From the NCBI GenBank assembly GCA_963422265.1, contig OY729416.1:1088001-1152000 (forward strand): a stretch of 64,000 nt of DNA. The letters run 5' to 3'. Shown in pieces: positions 10,236-20,231 of this stretch. Numbering within the stretch: the stretch's first letter is position 1; each line of letters begins with the position of its first letter. The position numbers and the translations under genes were made by a program. A model generated the notes under the pieces. It had not been told where the DNA came from and ran no database searches. It saw nothing but the letters and a program-made list of their open reading frames with translations. Origin of the DNA: Thermodesulfobacteriota bacterium (GTDB taxonomy: Bacteria > Desulfobacterota_D > UBA1144 > Nemesobacterales > UBA2774).

Positions 10236-11561
10236 CTATTTCAGAACGCTAGAATCAGGATCAACTCTTCTTAACTTTAGTATGTCTTCTAACTGATGGA
10301 TCAAAAATAACGTCAGCGTTACTGTGGTAGCCCCCACTACCCATGGATATCCACCAAAGATAGCCAGCACGAGCAAAGCTAGAGAGTAAAAATTCCTTCT
10401 ACCCATAGGCCTAAGCAACTTAATTAGCTTGCGTATATGGGTCGTCTTCTTATCATCTATAAGCCTATCAATCTCAAAATAGGTTACTAGACTTCCAGAG
10501 CTAGTGTATCTGCTGAGAAAGTAAAAAGACCAGATGACAAAAAACATAAAAATTCCTATATTAATGCTTCCTAATATTATAGGGATCGGACTTTCCGTAA
10601 CCAAGTAATATCCAAGAGGTGCTCCTATTAAAAAAGATAGGACAGTTACTTGATCCGAAATGGTATCAACCCATTGCCCCTTTTTCGTCTCCATTAGCTT
10701 GACCCTAGCCACCTCTCCGTCGCAACGATCGAGAATAGTGGCGATCTGCAGACAGATTGCTCCGATCACCGGATGTCCGATAGCGTAAAATGCGCCAGAG
10801 AAAGCCCCTATAACGTTGATACCAACGCTTATCATATTTGGAGTAAGCGGGCTTTTAACCAACAACCGACTAGTAGGTAACGAGAACTTACTGTTTATGC
10901 TTCTTGAGATCCATCCGGTTGCTGTTTTTCCCACGTGAGCGAATATCAAATCTTCCGCTCTCTTCACCGAGTCTCCATCAGAGGATAATCTCATCCAATA
11001 GGTGCCTGAGAACCCCTTGTATGTAAGCCTTTCCCTACCAGCCAACTCCTGAACCAACAAGTTTATTGATCCAAAATCCCTTATGGATTCTCCCAGCAAC
11101 TTGCCCGACGCGATGAATGCCCCAACGGCTCTACCGCCGGTTGAAAAAACATCTACAATATCACCCTCCTGAGTAGCTTTGATCCATGCGTCCTTTGAAA
11201 TATCCACCAAAACAAGCAACTCTTCTTCCTTTACTTCTGAATCAATGAAGCTTGAAAGAGCTTCGGGAGTGATCACGAGGTTTGATTGTAGTATAAGAAA
11301 CGGTTTTTGCTTAAGAGCTACCTCGGAGATAGAAGAGCACCAGGCGACTTCGCTTTCTATACGCTTATCGCCTTCTAGCAATTTTTTTAAGGGGAAACCA
11401 GCATTCTCAGCAATTATGGTAAACCGCTTGATTCCTGCTCTTTGAGCAGTTATGATCAACCTTTTTATTTGGGGTAAGGAGCCAAAAACTTCTTTCCCAT
11501 GCGAGCGTAGTTCTTCTCCGTCTATACCTATACCAGACGCTAAAATTATTGCGTAATCCAT
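10236..11561 (-). CDS. CDP-alcohol phosphatidyltransferase with N-terminal NTP-transferase-like domain
   Basis: TPNMIS and DRCDGEVAR-x8-GQWVDTISD signature; N-terminus AIILASG...RAGIKR. Confidence 0.85.
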   Translation of the reverse strand: MDYAIILASGIGIDGEELRSHGKEVFGSLPQIKRLIITAQRAGIKRFTIIAENAGFPLKKLLEGDKRIESEVAWCSSISEVALKQKPFLILQSNLVITPEALSSFIDSEVKEEELLVLVDISKDAWIKATQEGDIVDVFSTGGRAVGAFIASGKLLGESIRDFGSINLLVQELAGRERLTYKGFSGTYWMRLSSDGDSVKRAEDLIFAHVGKTATGWISRSINSKFSLPTSRLLVKSPLTPNMISVGINVIGAFSGAFYAIGHPVIGAICLQIATILDRCDGEVARVKLMETKKGQWVDTISDQVTVLSFLIGAPLGYYLVTESPIPIILGSINIGIFMFFVIWSFYFLSRYTSSGSLVTYFEIDRLIDDKKTTHIRKLIKLLRPMGRRNFYSLALLVLAIFGGYPWVVGATTVTLTLFLIHQLEDILKLRRVDPDSSVLK

Positions 11562-11564
11562 GTT

Positions 11565-12338
11565 CTAGCTTGTTTCTACGATTCCTAGAACCCTTTCTTG
11601 ATACAACCCACCCAAAAATTTATTTGAATTAAACCTAGCTTCGAACAAATCCCTCGGATAATCCACGTCCATCCAGAATAAACTGCCAATATCAAGCGAG
11701 TTAACTTTATATCCCTTTTTAATTAGCCTATAAACTGAAGAGATGTACCATTTGCTCTCTGCCCCGGGCGTCCTCATCTCTTCTTCTATAGACCCTCTTA
11801 TTAGCTCTACGCCAGTGTCTCTAAAGACTCTTATTCCTACCGATTCAGCGGACGTCCTACTCGCCAAAGCTTTGCTAATGCCAATTACCTTTCTTCCATT
11901 TATCTCCACTTTCATGTCTTCATCTTCATAGTTTGTCTTACGCTTGACTGGGATACATATTTTTTCATCCCTCATCTTTAGGGCTTGCTCAAGCACTTCA
12001 ATTTCAAAAACGTCATCTCCGTTCATTACTACCATATCGCCATCCATTTCTCCCCTGGCAATCCAGAGGGATATAAGACTGTTAGTAGTTTGGTAGAATG
12101 GATTATAAAGCGTTTTAATCTTCATTCCCAACCCATCATAATTTCTCAGGAAATTTTCGACTTTCTCAAAACCAAAACCTACCACGATTACAACCTCGTC
12201 AATACCACAAGCTCTTATATGATTTATTTGGTTTTCAAGTATCGTTTCACCACCAATGTCAAGCAAACATTTGGGGACGTATTTGGTATAGGGATACAGC
12301 CTTTTGCCTCTACCAGCCGCAAGTATGAAAGCTTTCAA
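11565..12338 (-). CDS. Sugar/choline/inositol-phosphate cytidylyltransferase family protein
   Basis: ILAAGRGKRL..PKCL, MNGDDVF, WMDVDYPRD. Confidence 0.88.
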   Translation of the reverse strand: MKAFILAAGRGKRLYPYTKYVPKCLLDIGGETILENQINHIRACGIDEVVIVVGFGFEKVENFLRNYDGLGMKIKTLYNPFYQTTNSLISLWIARGEMDGDMVVMNGDDVFEIEVLEQALKMRDEKICIPVKRKTNYEDEDMKVEINGRKVIGISKALASRTSAESVGIRVFRDTGVELIRGSIEEEMRTPGAESKWYISSVYRLIKKGYKVNSLDIGSLFWMDVDYPRDLFEARFNSNKFLGGLYQERVLGIVETS

Positions 12339-12527
12339 AATATTTCTCCGTTACGTCTATATCAAATATATCGAAACCACGTCTAGTGCTCCGATAACAT
12401 GAAAAAGAGGGGATCTTATACAAAGCTACATATTCCTTATTCTCTTAACTTGCCTATACTTATAACCCGTATAATTATTTCTGTCAACTTACTGGTTATT
12501 ACAAAGTTGACAATAAGCAACTTAAGG

Positions 12528-13835
12528 TTACTCAACAGCACCTCTATAAGACCAGTCAAGCAGCTCTACGGGATGAGCGACCTTTACGTTGAGTCCATGA
12601 TCTTTCAGACCTTTTCGGAGTTGAAGAAGGCATCCGGGATTGCCGGCAACTAAATAATCCACGTCAACTTCCTTGACGTTAGATAATTTTCTCTCAAGGA
12701 GCCCTTGCGACATTTCAGGTTGAACCAAGTTGTAAATGCCGGCGCTTCCGCAGCAAACGTCCGACTCGTTCATTTCTATAAGCTCTAATCCCGGAATCTG
12801 ACTTAAAAGTCGTCTAGGCTCGTCTTTTATTCTCTGTGCGTGTCCCAAATGGCAGGCATCCTGATAAGTTACCCTCAAATTAAGCTCCCCCATCTCATCG
12901 TTAAGCCCGACATCCGCCAAAAACTCCATAACGTCTTTTGTCTTATCGCTTATATGCTTGGCTCGCTTGGCGAACAAAAGATCATCTTTAAGCAGACGCT
13001 CATACTCTTTAATAGTGGAACCACAGCCTGCCGAGTTAACTATGATAGCTTCGACGTCAAGACCTTCAAAGGCTTTTATCATACTTTTCGCGAAACCTCG
13101 TCCCTCAGAAAGTCTCCCAGAATGCACGGAAAGCGCCCCGCAGCACCCCTGCTCCTTTGGAACAACTACTTCACACCCGTTCTCACTGAGCACCCTGGCG
13201 GTAGCTTCGTTCGTGCGTGAAAACAAAACGCTTTGAACGCATCCGGTGATGAGAGCTACCCTGTGGCGCTTTTTGCCCCTAGCCTCAATTAACCGAGGAA
13301 GGTCAGAGGAAAGTCTCAGCGAGTCTATACTCGGTAGCATCCCTTCCATCTGCGCCAGCTTGTCCGAAACAATCCTTAGAATCCCTGTTGAATGTATTAG
13401 CCTTCTTAAACCAATTTTTTGATAGAGATTGAAAACAGGCATTATCAATTTTAGCCTTTCGGGATATTGAAAAAGAGAGAAAATTAGAAATCTATGAAGT
13501 CTTTCAAAAAAAGGCCTTCTATGGCGCCTTTCTATTTGAGACCTTCCAGCTTCAATTAGACTTCCATATCTTACTCCCGATGGGCAAGCGGGCTCGCAGG
13601 CTAGACATCCAAGACATCTATCCAGATGTCGTATCAAGGAATCGCCCATAGGTATTTTCCCCTCGGCTGCTGACTTTATTAGATAGATTCTACCCCTTGG
13701 GGAATCAAGCTCGTTTCCAGTCTCCAAATACGTAGGACAGGCGGAAAGGCAAAAACCGCAATGAACGCAGTCCTTTATAATATCAGCATCCGGCTTGTCC
13801 TTGTCATCAAAGGCGGTAAAATTAATCTCTTTCAT
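12528..13835 (-). CDS. glcF: Glycolate oxidase Fe-S subunit
   Basis: CVHCGFCLSACP, DSPRGRI, CLGCLACEPACP, two CCG domains. Confidence 0.9.
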   Translation of the reverse strand: MKEINFTAFDDKDKPDADIIKDCVHCGFCLSACPTYLETGNELDSPRGRIYLIKSAAEGKIPMGDSLIRHLDRCLGCLACEPACPSGVRYGSLIEAGRSQIERRHRRPFFERLHRFLIFSLFQYPERLKLIMPVFNLYQKIGLRRLIHSTGILRIVSDKLAQMEGMLPSIDSLRLSSDLPRLIEARGKKRHRVALITGCVQSVLFSRTNEATARVLSENGCEVVVPKEQGCCGALSVHSGRLSEGRGFAKSMIKAFEGLDVEAIIVNSAGCGSTIKEYERLLKDDLLFAKRAKHISDKTKDVMEFLADVGLNDEMGELNLRVTYQDACHLGHAQRIKDEPRRLLSQIPGLELIEMNESDVCCGSAGIYNLVQPEMSQGLLERKLSNVKEVDVDYLVAGNPGCLLQLRKGLKDHGLNVKVAHPVELLDWSYRGAVE

Positions 13836-13844
13836 TTCAACTGG

Positions 13845-14648
13845 TTAGCCCTTTCTTATTGTGAAATCAAGTGTTTTGCTCTCTGAATTGTTAAGGACTT
13901 CTCTGTATTGACCTTCACTCTTAAACTTACCACTATCAACCCTTTTTGCTTGAATCTTAAGCTCTATTAAGTTCTGCCTAAATGGATAAGGGCTTAAAGT
14001 ATAATCAAATCCATCCTCTGATTCTATCCTGATGCTTACCTCCGACCCTGTATAATCAATAGGAACACCTGTTATTTCCGCCGACTTCAAACCGCGGCAA
14101 AGCATGAGAGATAGGACGTCGCCTATCTGAAGAAATCTGAGGTTTATACCCACCCGTTTGGGGATTGTTGCCAAATGAGAGTTAGCGTAAGAGATATTAA
14201 GGTTATTAGAAATGAATTTATCCATGCCTTGCTGCAATGATTTTGCCAAGCCATTCACGGGATTTTTACTCAGAACTTTTCTGTTGAACCTAGCAAAATG
14301 AAGTGCTATTAGAGAAGAAGCGTAAGGGTGCTCGTCGGCGTGGGACCTGTAACACCTGCTCCAAATTTCATATTGGTCCTCGGCGCTCATCTCCATAAAG
14401 CTTACGGGATAACTAGTATTGGGATTCAGCTTTGGGCAAGAGTCCCAATCTATCCACCCGCAGTCGTGCTCTTTAATGGCGAAAAGCACCTCGTCGTACG
14501 GATCGGGCAAGACAAACCTATCATTCCCCCAGAATCTCATAACCTCCCATGCAAGCTGGGCGTGGTCATGCTGGGTAATGAGTATCCATCCTTCCTTTTC
14601 TTCTCTTCTTATCACTAATCCGAGACCGGTAAGATTAAATTTATTCAA
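13845..14648 (-). CDS. DUF3891-like protein (start may be about 11 codons later)
   Basis: ITQHDHAQLA...AIKEHDCGW...IGDVLSL...PYPF. Confidence 0.7.
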   Translation of the reverse strand: MNKFNLTGLGLVIRREEKEGWILITQHDHAQLAWEVMRFWGNDRFVLPDPYDEVLFAIKEHDCGWIDWDSCPKLNPNTSYPVSFMEMSAEDQYEIWSRCYRSHADEHPYASSLIALHFARFNRKVLSKNPVNGLAKSLQQGMDKFISNNLNISYANSHLATIPKRVGINLRFLQIGDVLSLMLCRGLKSAEITGVPIDYTGSEVSIRIESEDGFDYTLSPYPFRQNLIELKIQAKRVDSGKFKSEGQYREVLNNSESKTLDFTIRKG

Positions 14649-14685
14649 ATAATAGAGGTAATGTCCTAGTCCACCCCTTAGACTC

Positions 14686-15993
14686 TTATATGAACCTTCC
14701 GGGGTTAAGCAAGTTCATAGGATCTAAATTCGATTTTAGCCTTTTCATTAGAGCTGTCCCCGATCCTATGTTACCCCAAACGTCAATTTTTGTCTTAATT
14801 TCCTCAGGTGCTCTCTGAACCACTAGATAACCACCAACGGAGTCGCAGAAATTACGGAGGTGAGTAACAGATTCCAAAAGAGTCTCGTCTTCCCCTTCAA
14901 TCAATATATTGACAATTCCGTTACCCGCCTTCGCGCCCGCGTAAGTCTTTACCTCATGTAACCGCTCAACGGAGTTAAACACCTTTGCCACGTCTTCAAT
15001 AAGAACGCCCGCTTTACATAATGCGCGCCCCGATCCGTCCGAGCCGCCTTCAAACTTTCTTAACCCTAACCAGAACCTCTCCTCTTCCTTATCCCCAAGT
15101 AAAACCCCCCTTCCCCCGTTCTTACTGCATATTTCCTTCACCTGAGATATCTGATCCTTAACGGCTCTCTCTACGCTCATAACCCTTACGGCGAGCGAAT
15201 ATCCATTACTATTCAGATCAAGTTCCGTGCTTTTGGCTATGGATTTCAGAACGCTAGAATTAAAAAAGTCGAGCGAGGCAAGGACAAGATTAGAATTCAT
15301 TATTGAGATTACTGTTTCCTGACATTTATCGGCAGAGACAAAACTTGCCAGATAGGTTCGTGAGTATTCTGGGATCGGGTATAACCTAAAAGTCGCTTCA
15401 ACAATAATCCCTAGCGTTCCTAACGAGCCAACATAAAGCTTGGGAAGATCATAACCGGAGACGTTCTTAACCACCTTGGATCCACCCTTAAATAAACTCC
15501 CGTCCGCCCTTACTACCCTTAAACCTATTAAAAGCTCTCTCGCAGTTCCATATCTTAACCTAAGAGAACCGCTATCGTTCGTAGCGATTATACCCCCAAG
15601 CGTGGTTTTATACCCATGAGAAGGATCAATAGGCAAAAACTGATTCTGCTCTTTAAGCACGTCCTGCAATTTATCAAGCGTAATCCCACACTCCGCCGTA
15701 GCGGTCAGGTCCGACGCCGCATGTTCAACCACCGCGTCAAGCTTCTCTGTGCAAAGTATAAGATCAGCCCTATCGGGATTGTTGCCGAGCCCCATCTTCG
15801 TCCCTGAGCCGCGCGGGATTACCGCTAGGGATTCTCGCGACGCAAATCTCATAACTTCCGAGACTTGCTCAATATTCTGAGGAAGGACAACAACTAGGGG
15901 TTTTGAAACGCCAAGGACCAAACATCCGCTCTCAATTGAGACGTTATCATTGCCCAGCATAGCTGATAAACTATTGATTAAGGAATCAGACAT
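14686..15993 (-). CDS. glcE: Glycolate oxidase FAD-binding subunit
   Basis: GGSKVVKNVSGYDL, GSLGTLG, DPMNLLNPGR; lies between glcD and glcF. Confidence 0.88.
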   Translation of the reverse strand: MSDSLINSLSAMLGNDNVSIESGCLVLGVSKPLVVVLPQNIEQVSEVMRFASRESLAVIPRGSGTKMGLGNNPDRADLILCTEKLDAVVEHAASDLTATAECGITLDKLQDVLKEQNQFLPIDPSHGYKTTLGGIIATNDSGSLRLRYGTARELLIGLRVVRADGSLFKGGSKVVKNVSGYDLPKLYVGSLGTLGIIVEATFRLYPIPEYSRTYLASFVSADKCQETVISIMNSNLVLASLDFFNSSVLKSIAKSTELDLNSNGYSLAVRVMSVERAVKDQISQVKEICSKNGGRGVLLGDKEEERFWLGLRKFEGGSDGSGRALCKAGVLIEDVAKVFNSVERLHEVKTYAGAKAGNGIVNILIEGEDETLLESVTHLRNFCDSVGGYLVVQRAPEEIKTKIDVWGNIGSGTALMKRLKSNLDPMNLLNPGRFI

Positions 15994-16007
15994 GGGCTAA
16001 TAATAGA

Positions 16008-17495
16008 TCAGTACATATCCCCCAAACCTGCTTTTTGTATAGGATGCTCTCTATATGATTTGGTTCCGGGCTCTACGCAAGTTCGCGGGGTTGGAAAAAC
16101 CTTGCCAGGATTGCATAGCCCCTTATAATCAAAGGTGCATCTGATTAGATTCATGGTATCAAGGTCCTCTTCATTAAACATAAGAGACAAGAACCTCTTC
16201 TTATCATATCCGACCCCATGCTCTCCTGTAATGCTTCCTCCGGAATCAACGCAAACTTTCAATATATCACCCGCGAGTTCAAGGGCTTTTCCGGTCTCAC
16301 CCTCATTTGAAGCGTCGTAAAGCACAAGTGGGTGAAGGTTACCATCTCCCGCATGAAACACGTTAGCTACTTTAAGACCGTATTTCTTGCTCAGTCCTTT
16401 GATTTCTTCCAGAACCTTAGCGAGTTTGCTCCTCGGTATAACGCCGTCCTGGACGTAATAATCCGGGCTAATGCGTCCCATAACTGGAAAAGCACTCTTT
16501 CTACCCTTCCAAAAAAGGTTTCTTTCCTTATCGTCTTTGGCAACCTTTACCTCAAGAGCATTGTTTTGTCTAAGAACTTCCATGACTATAGGAGTCTCGG
16601 CATTCACTTCGGCGGTCGGACCATCCAGCTCAACCAAAAGAATAGCCCCAGCGTTTACTGGGTAGCCAGCACCTACGACTTCTTCCACGGATTTAAGGCA
16701 TAGACCATCCATAATTTCCATACCCGCCGGTATTACTCCCCTTGCGGTTATTCCTGAAACGGAAGCCCCAGCCTGCTCAATCTTATCGAAGGAAGCTAAA
16801 AGGGTTTTTATGGATTCAGGTCTCTTTACAATTCTCAAAGTTACCTTCGTTACTATTCCCAAGAGACCTTCCGAGCCTACTATAAGACCAAGCAGATCGT
16901 ATCCGGGGTTATCGAGAGTTTTACCTCCCAACTCAATTATTTCGCCGTCTGGGAGAACAATCTCTACGCCCAGAACGTGATTTGTGGTTACTCCATACTT
17001 GAGACAATGCACACCACCTGAGTTCTCCGCCACGTTACCCCCTATAGTGCAGACGATCTGGCTCGAGGGATCAGGAGCGTAGTAATAGTCGTTAGCACTC
17101 ACCGCGTTTGTAACCCAGATATTTACCACGCCGGGCTCAACTACGACGCGCTGGTTAGGTATATCCACCTCCAGAATCTTATTCATGCGGGTTAGCGAAA
17201 TCACAATACCCTCTTCGGTGGGAAGCGCCCCTCCAGAAAGACCCGTCCCCGCCCCTCTGGGCACGTAAGGAATTCCCTCTTCATAGCAAAGCTTTATGAC
17301 GTTAGAAACTTCTTTGGACGTCTTAGGAAGAACTACGAATATAGGCTTTACTCTATAACCAGTAAGTGCGTCGCTGTCGTATGCTATAAGCTCGTCCTCA
17401 TAAGATATAACGCCGTCGGCGCCAAGTATGTGAACTAGCTTGCGCTCAAATTCCCTTTTCCAAGTTGGCGATTTTGTTTTTTGTTGAGATGACAT
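16008..17495 (-). CDS. glcD: Glycolate oxidase subunit GlcD
   Basis: RGAGTGLSGG, APDPSSQ, HCLKYG, HAGDGNLHP, GEHGVG. Confidence 0.93.
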   Translation of the reverse strand: MSSQQKTKSPTWKREFERKLVHILGADGVISYEDELIAYDSDALTGYRVKPIFVVLPKTSKEVSNVIKLCYEEGIPYVPRGAGTGLSGGALPTEEGIVISLTRMNKILEVDIPNQRVVVEPGVVNIWVTNAVSANDYYYAPDPSSQIVCTIGGNVAENSGGVHCLKYGVTTNHVLGVEIVLPDGEIIELGGKTLDNPGYDLLGLIVGSEGLLGIVTKVTLRIVKRPESIKTLLASFDKIEQAGASVSGITARGVIPAGMEIMDGLCLKSVEEVVGAGYPVNAGAILLVELDGPTAEVNAETPIVMEVLRQNNALEVKVAKDDKERNLFWKGRKSAFPVMGRISPDYYVQDGVIPRSKLAKVLEEIKGLSKKYGLKVANVFHAGDGNLHPLVLYDASNEGETGKALELAGDILKVCVDSGGSITGEHGVGYDKKRFLSLMFNEEDLDTMNLIRCTFDYKGLCNPGKVFPTPRTCVEPGTKSYREHPIQKAGLGDMY

Positions 17496-17638
17496 AGCAT
17501 TCAGTTAAATACTTAGCTAGCGATACTGTAATCTCACCTTGAATGCCAATACTACTGATACTAAATTGGACTATGGATAAGCAACAACTCACCCTATAAC
17601 ATTCAAATTATACTCAATTACAATTGATATAACAGGAA

Positions 17639-19069
17639 TTGTTGAATAGAATTTCAATTGGGCAGGTTGATGATCCTATGCTCACAAAGGAACAAATCAG
17701 CTACTACAAAAACCGGAGTAATGGAGAGTTGGCACGATTTGTTAAAACCAACTCAGATAATAAAAGTATTCTCTTTATCTTAAAGAATCTCGGGCATCTC
17801 CCCCAACATTTTGATGATGCTTGGATAGCCCCCTTGCTTTCAAGTTGCAATCAAAAAATCCGTCTCTGGTCCGCAAAAACCTTGGGAAAGACAAGGAAAG
17901 AGAAAAATGTGCAGATACTACTAAGAACGGCGTTGCAAGATGAATCGACGGAAGTGAGACGCGAAGCGGTTTCTTCAATAGGAAGGCTAAAAACGGAGAT
18001 GATTATTCCCGTCTTGCTTGAGTTTCTGGATGACGGCGACCCAAAAATCGTTCTGCAGGCAATCAGAGGACTTTTGACTTTTAAGAAAAACGCGGACGTA
18101 AGCGAACGGCTTAAATCCTTGCGCAATCACCCAAATGAAACGATTCAAAAGTTAATCGAAAAAGAATACTTTACGTCAAGTTCAGCACCCCGCGTTCCAA
18201 TACAAGCGCATAGAGATTCTTATGGCTTTTTGAAAAACGTAGTAGTTCTTGGGGACGTCCGAGAGGCATTAAGTTACGTTCCAGATGAAAGTCTTCACCT
18301 TACCTTTACTTCTCCACCTTATTATAATGCAAGGGACTATTCAATTTACAAAAGCTACCAGGAATACTTAGGCTTTCTCGAGGAAGTATTTCATCTCACT
18401 TATCAGAAAACAAAGGAAGGGCGTTTTCTGATAGTTAACACTTCGCCGATTATTATTCCGAGGGTTAGCCGTCAGCATTCCAGCAAGAGATACCCCATTC
18501 CTTTTGATGTCCATGGTCTCCTAGTCAAAATAGGCTGGGAATTTATCGACGACATCGTATGGGAAAAGCCGGAAACAAGCGTAAAAAACAGGAACGCGGG
18601 GTTCTTACAACATCGCAAGCCTTTGGCATATAAACCCAATGCCGTAACTGAGTACTTGATAGTTTATAGAAAGAAGACCGATAAACTGATAGATTGGAAT
18701 ATAAGACAATACGACGGAAAAACCGTAAACGAGAGTAAAATTGAGGATGGATACGAGACTTCAAACGTTTGGAGAATAGACCCCAAGCACGACAAGGTTC
18801 ATTCAGCGGTGTTTCCCGTCGAGTTATGTGAAAGAGTCGTAAAATACTACTCATTCAAAGGGGATTTAGTCTTTGACCCGTTCGCTGGCAGTGGGACGTT
18901 TGGCAAAGTGGCAAAAAATCTCAGTAGGTTTTTCTTTCTCGCAGAAAAAGAGCCGAAATACTTTAATTACATGAAGACAATTCTCACCACAGGAAATATG
19001 TTTGAGGAAGAAAAATCTAAAAGTAATTTTTTGACGCTTAATGAGTTTATAAAGAGTGTGAACAATTGA
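17639..19069 (+). CDS. Site-specific DNA methyltransferase (N4-C/N6-A, beta class) with N-terminal HEAT repeats (start may be 17678)
   Basis: IRLWSAKTLGK, EVRREAVSSIGR and KIVLQAIRGL HEAT units; TSPPY, HSAVFP, DPFAGSGT. Confidence 0.9.
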   Translation: MLNRISIGQVDDPMLTKEQISYYKNRSNGELARFVKTNSDNKSILFILKNLGHLPQHFDDAWIAPLLSSCNQKIRLWSAKTLGKTRKEKNVQILLRTALQDESTEVRREAVSSIGRLKTEMIIPVLLEFLDDGDPKIVLQAIRGLLTFKKNADVSERLKSLRNHPNETIQKLIEKEYFTSSSAPRVPIQAHRDSYGFLKNVVVLGDVREALSYVPDESLHLTFTSPPYYNARDYSIYKSYQEYLGFLEEVFHLTYQKTKEGRFLIVNTSPIIIPRVSRQHSSKRYPIPFDVHGLLVKIGWEFIDDIVWEKPETSVKNRNAGFLQHRKPLAYKPNAVTEYLIVYRKKTDKLIDWNIRQYDGKTVNESKIEDGYETSNVWRIDPKHDKVHSAVFPVELCERVVKYYSFKGDLVFDPFAGSGTFGKVAKNLSRFFFLAEKEPKYFNYMKTILTTGNMFEEEKSKSNFLTLNEFIKSVNN

Positions 19070-19977
19070 CGCTTACAAAACAGGTTACAAAGAGCATCAT
19101 CAAAAAACTCCTCAAGGGCGAGGACTACAGAATAGAAGTAATTACCCTTATAAACGCCGAATTTTTGCAATTTGCGATAGGATTTTTCAAGAAGGTGATC
19201 GATTCAAAGCTGAATAATCAAGGGGTAACTATTGATTGGTATAAAAGGGAATTCCTTGCCCCTGCACTTCCCAAAGAAGACATAGCGATAAACTCCGGGC
19301 TAAACATGAAGACTATAAGCAATATGTTTAATTCGGCAAGAAAAGAGATAGTTATAGACGCCTCAAATAATCACTATGACGCTTTGTATGAATCAATTAA
19401 GGGTCTTGTAGATTCAGAGGAAGACCTTGATCTGACACTGACGCTAAAGTTTCAGGGCGTAAGCGTGGATTTGAACGTAAGTGAGACCCTAATAATAATT
19501 AACACGCTTGCCGTTAAAAGAGCGGCGTTAAGGGGTGGGTTCTGGAGTACTGCCGGCAAGAGAGTAGAGAAGCCACTAATGGAAACCTTATGCAAATTAT
19601 ATGAGGTTCCCGATGAGAATTATAAGTTTGAATTAAAGGGTGCAGATGGAAAAAAAGATTTTACGCGTGAGATTGATTTTTACTTAACCAGGGATAACTC
19701 AAACTATAAATGTGAAGTAAAACTAATGGGCAAGGGCAATCCCGAAAGTGCAGACGCGGTTATCGCAAGAGATAGTAAAGTCTTTATCGCTGATAAACTG
19801 TCCGATACCAACAAAAACCAACTTGATAGCCTAAGCGTGGAATGGGTTGAATTAAGAGCCACCAATGGCTTTCAAAAGTTTAAGACGTTACTAGAAAATC
19901 TTGAAATACCTTTTAGGGATATTGATTTAGAAAACCTCGAAGCTGACGTTGAAAGAATATTTAGTGAGATTTTTTAG
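19066..19977 (+). CDS. CfrBI family Type II restriction endonuclease
   Basis: WSTAGKRVEK, REIDF...CEVKLMGKGNPESADAVIAR; coupled to the MTase. Confidence 0.82.
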   Translation: MTLTKQVTKSIIKKLLKGEDYRIEVITLINAEFLQFAIGFFKKVIDSKLNNQGVTIDWYKREFLAPALPKEDIAINSGLNMKTISNMFNSARKEIVIDASNNHYDALYESIKGLVDSEEDLDLTLTLKFQGVSVDLNVSETLIIINTLAVKRAALRGGFWSTAGKRVEKPLMETLCKLYEVPDENYKFELKGADGKKDFTREIDFYLTRDNSNYKCEVKLMGKGNPESADAVIARDSKVFIADKLSDTNKNQLDSLSVEWVELRATNGFQKFKTLLENLEIPFRDIDLENLEADVERIFSEIF

Positions 19978-19991
19978 AAGGGAGCTTATGA
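19918..19991 (+). repeat. Direct repeat copy 1 (REase 3' end plus following RBS/ATG)
   Basis: 74 bp, 4 mismatches versus 27846-27919. Confidence 0.92.
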
Positions 19992-20102
19992 CTCTGACAG
20001 AGTAAGTAGTTGTTTTTTTATCTGGATAGCTAATCGGCCTCACCCTAAGAGCACTATGGGCGAATATCTCAGATGGGGTCGCTTGAACAAATTAAAGAGT
20101 GG

Positions 20103-20128
20103 TATCCCCGATCGGGGTCAGGGACATG
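20103..20128 (-). repeat. REP-like palindrome, copy A
   Basis: CATGTCCCTGACCCCGATCGGGGATA; 22/26 identical to 42389-42414. Confidence 0.6.
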
Positions 20129-20160
20129 ATCATCTAGTAGCCTCTACAGGTCGTTTCAGC

Positions 20161-20215
20161 TTGACGGAGGCATCCATAAAAATATATATTTGACGCGCCT
20201 ACGTTTATATACGTA
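20161..20215 (+). promoter_or_regulatory. Putative promoter and operator of mazE
   Basis: TTGACG (20161) with a TATATA/TATATT box, then palindrome TACGT-TTATAT-ACGTA at 20200-20215. Confidence 0.4.
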
Positions 20216-20231
20216 AGGGAGAGATGAAAGT

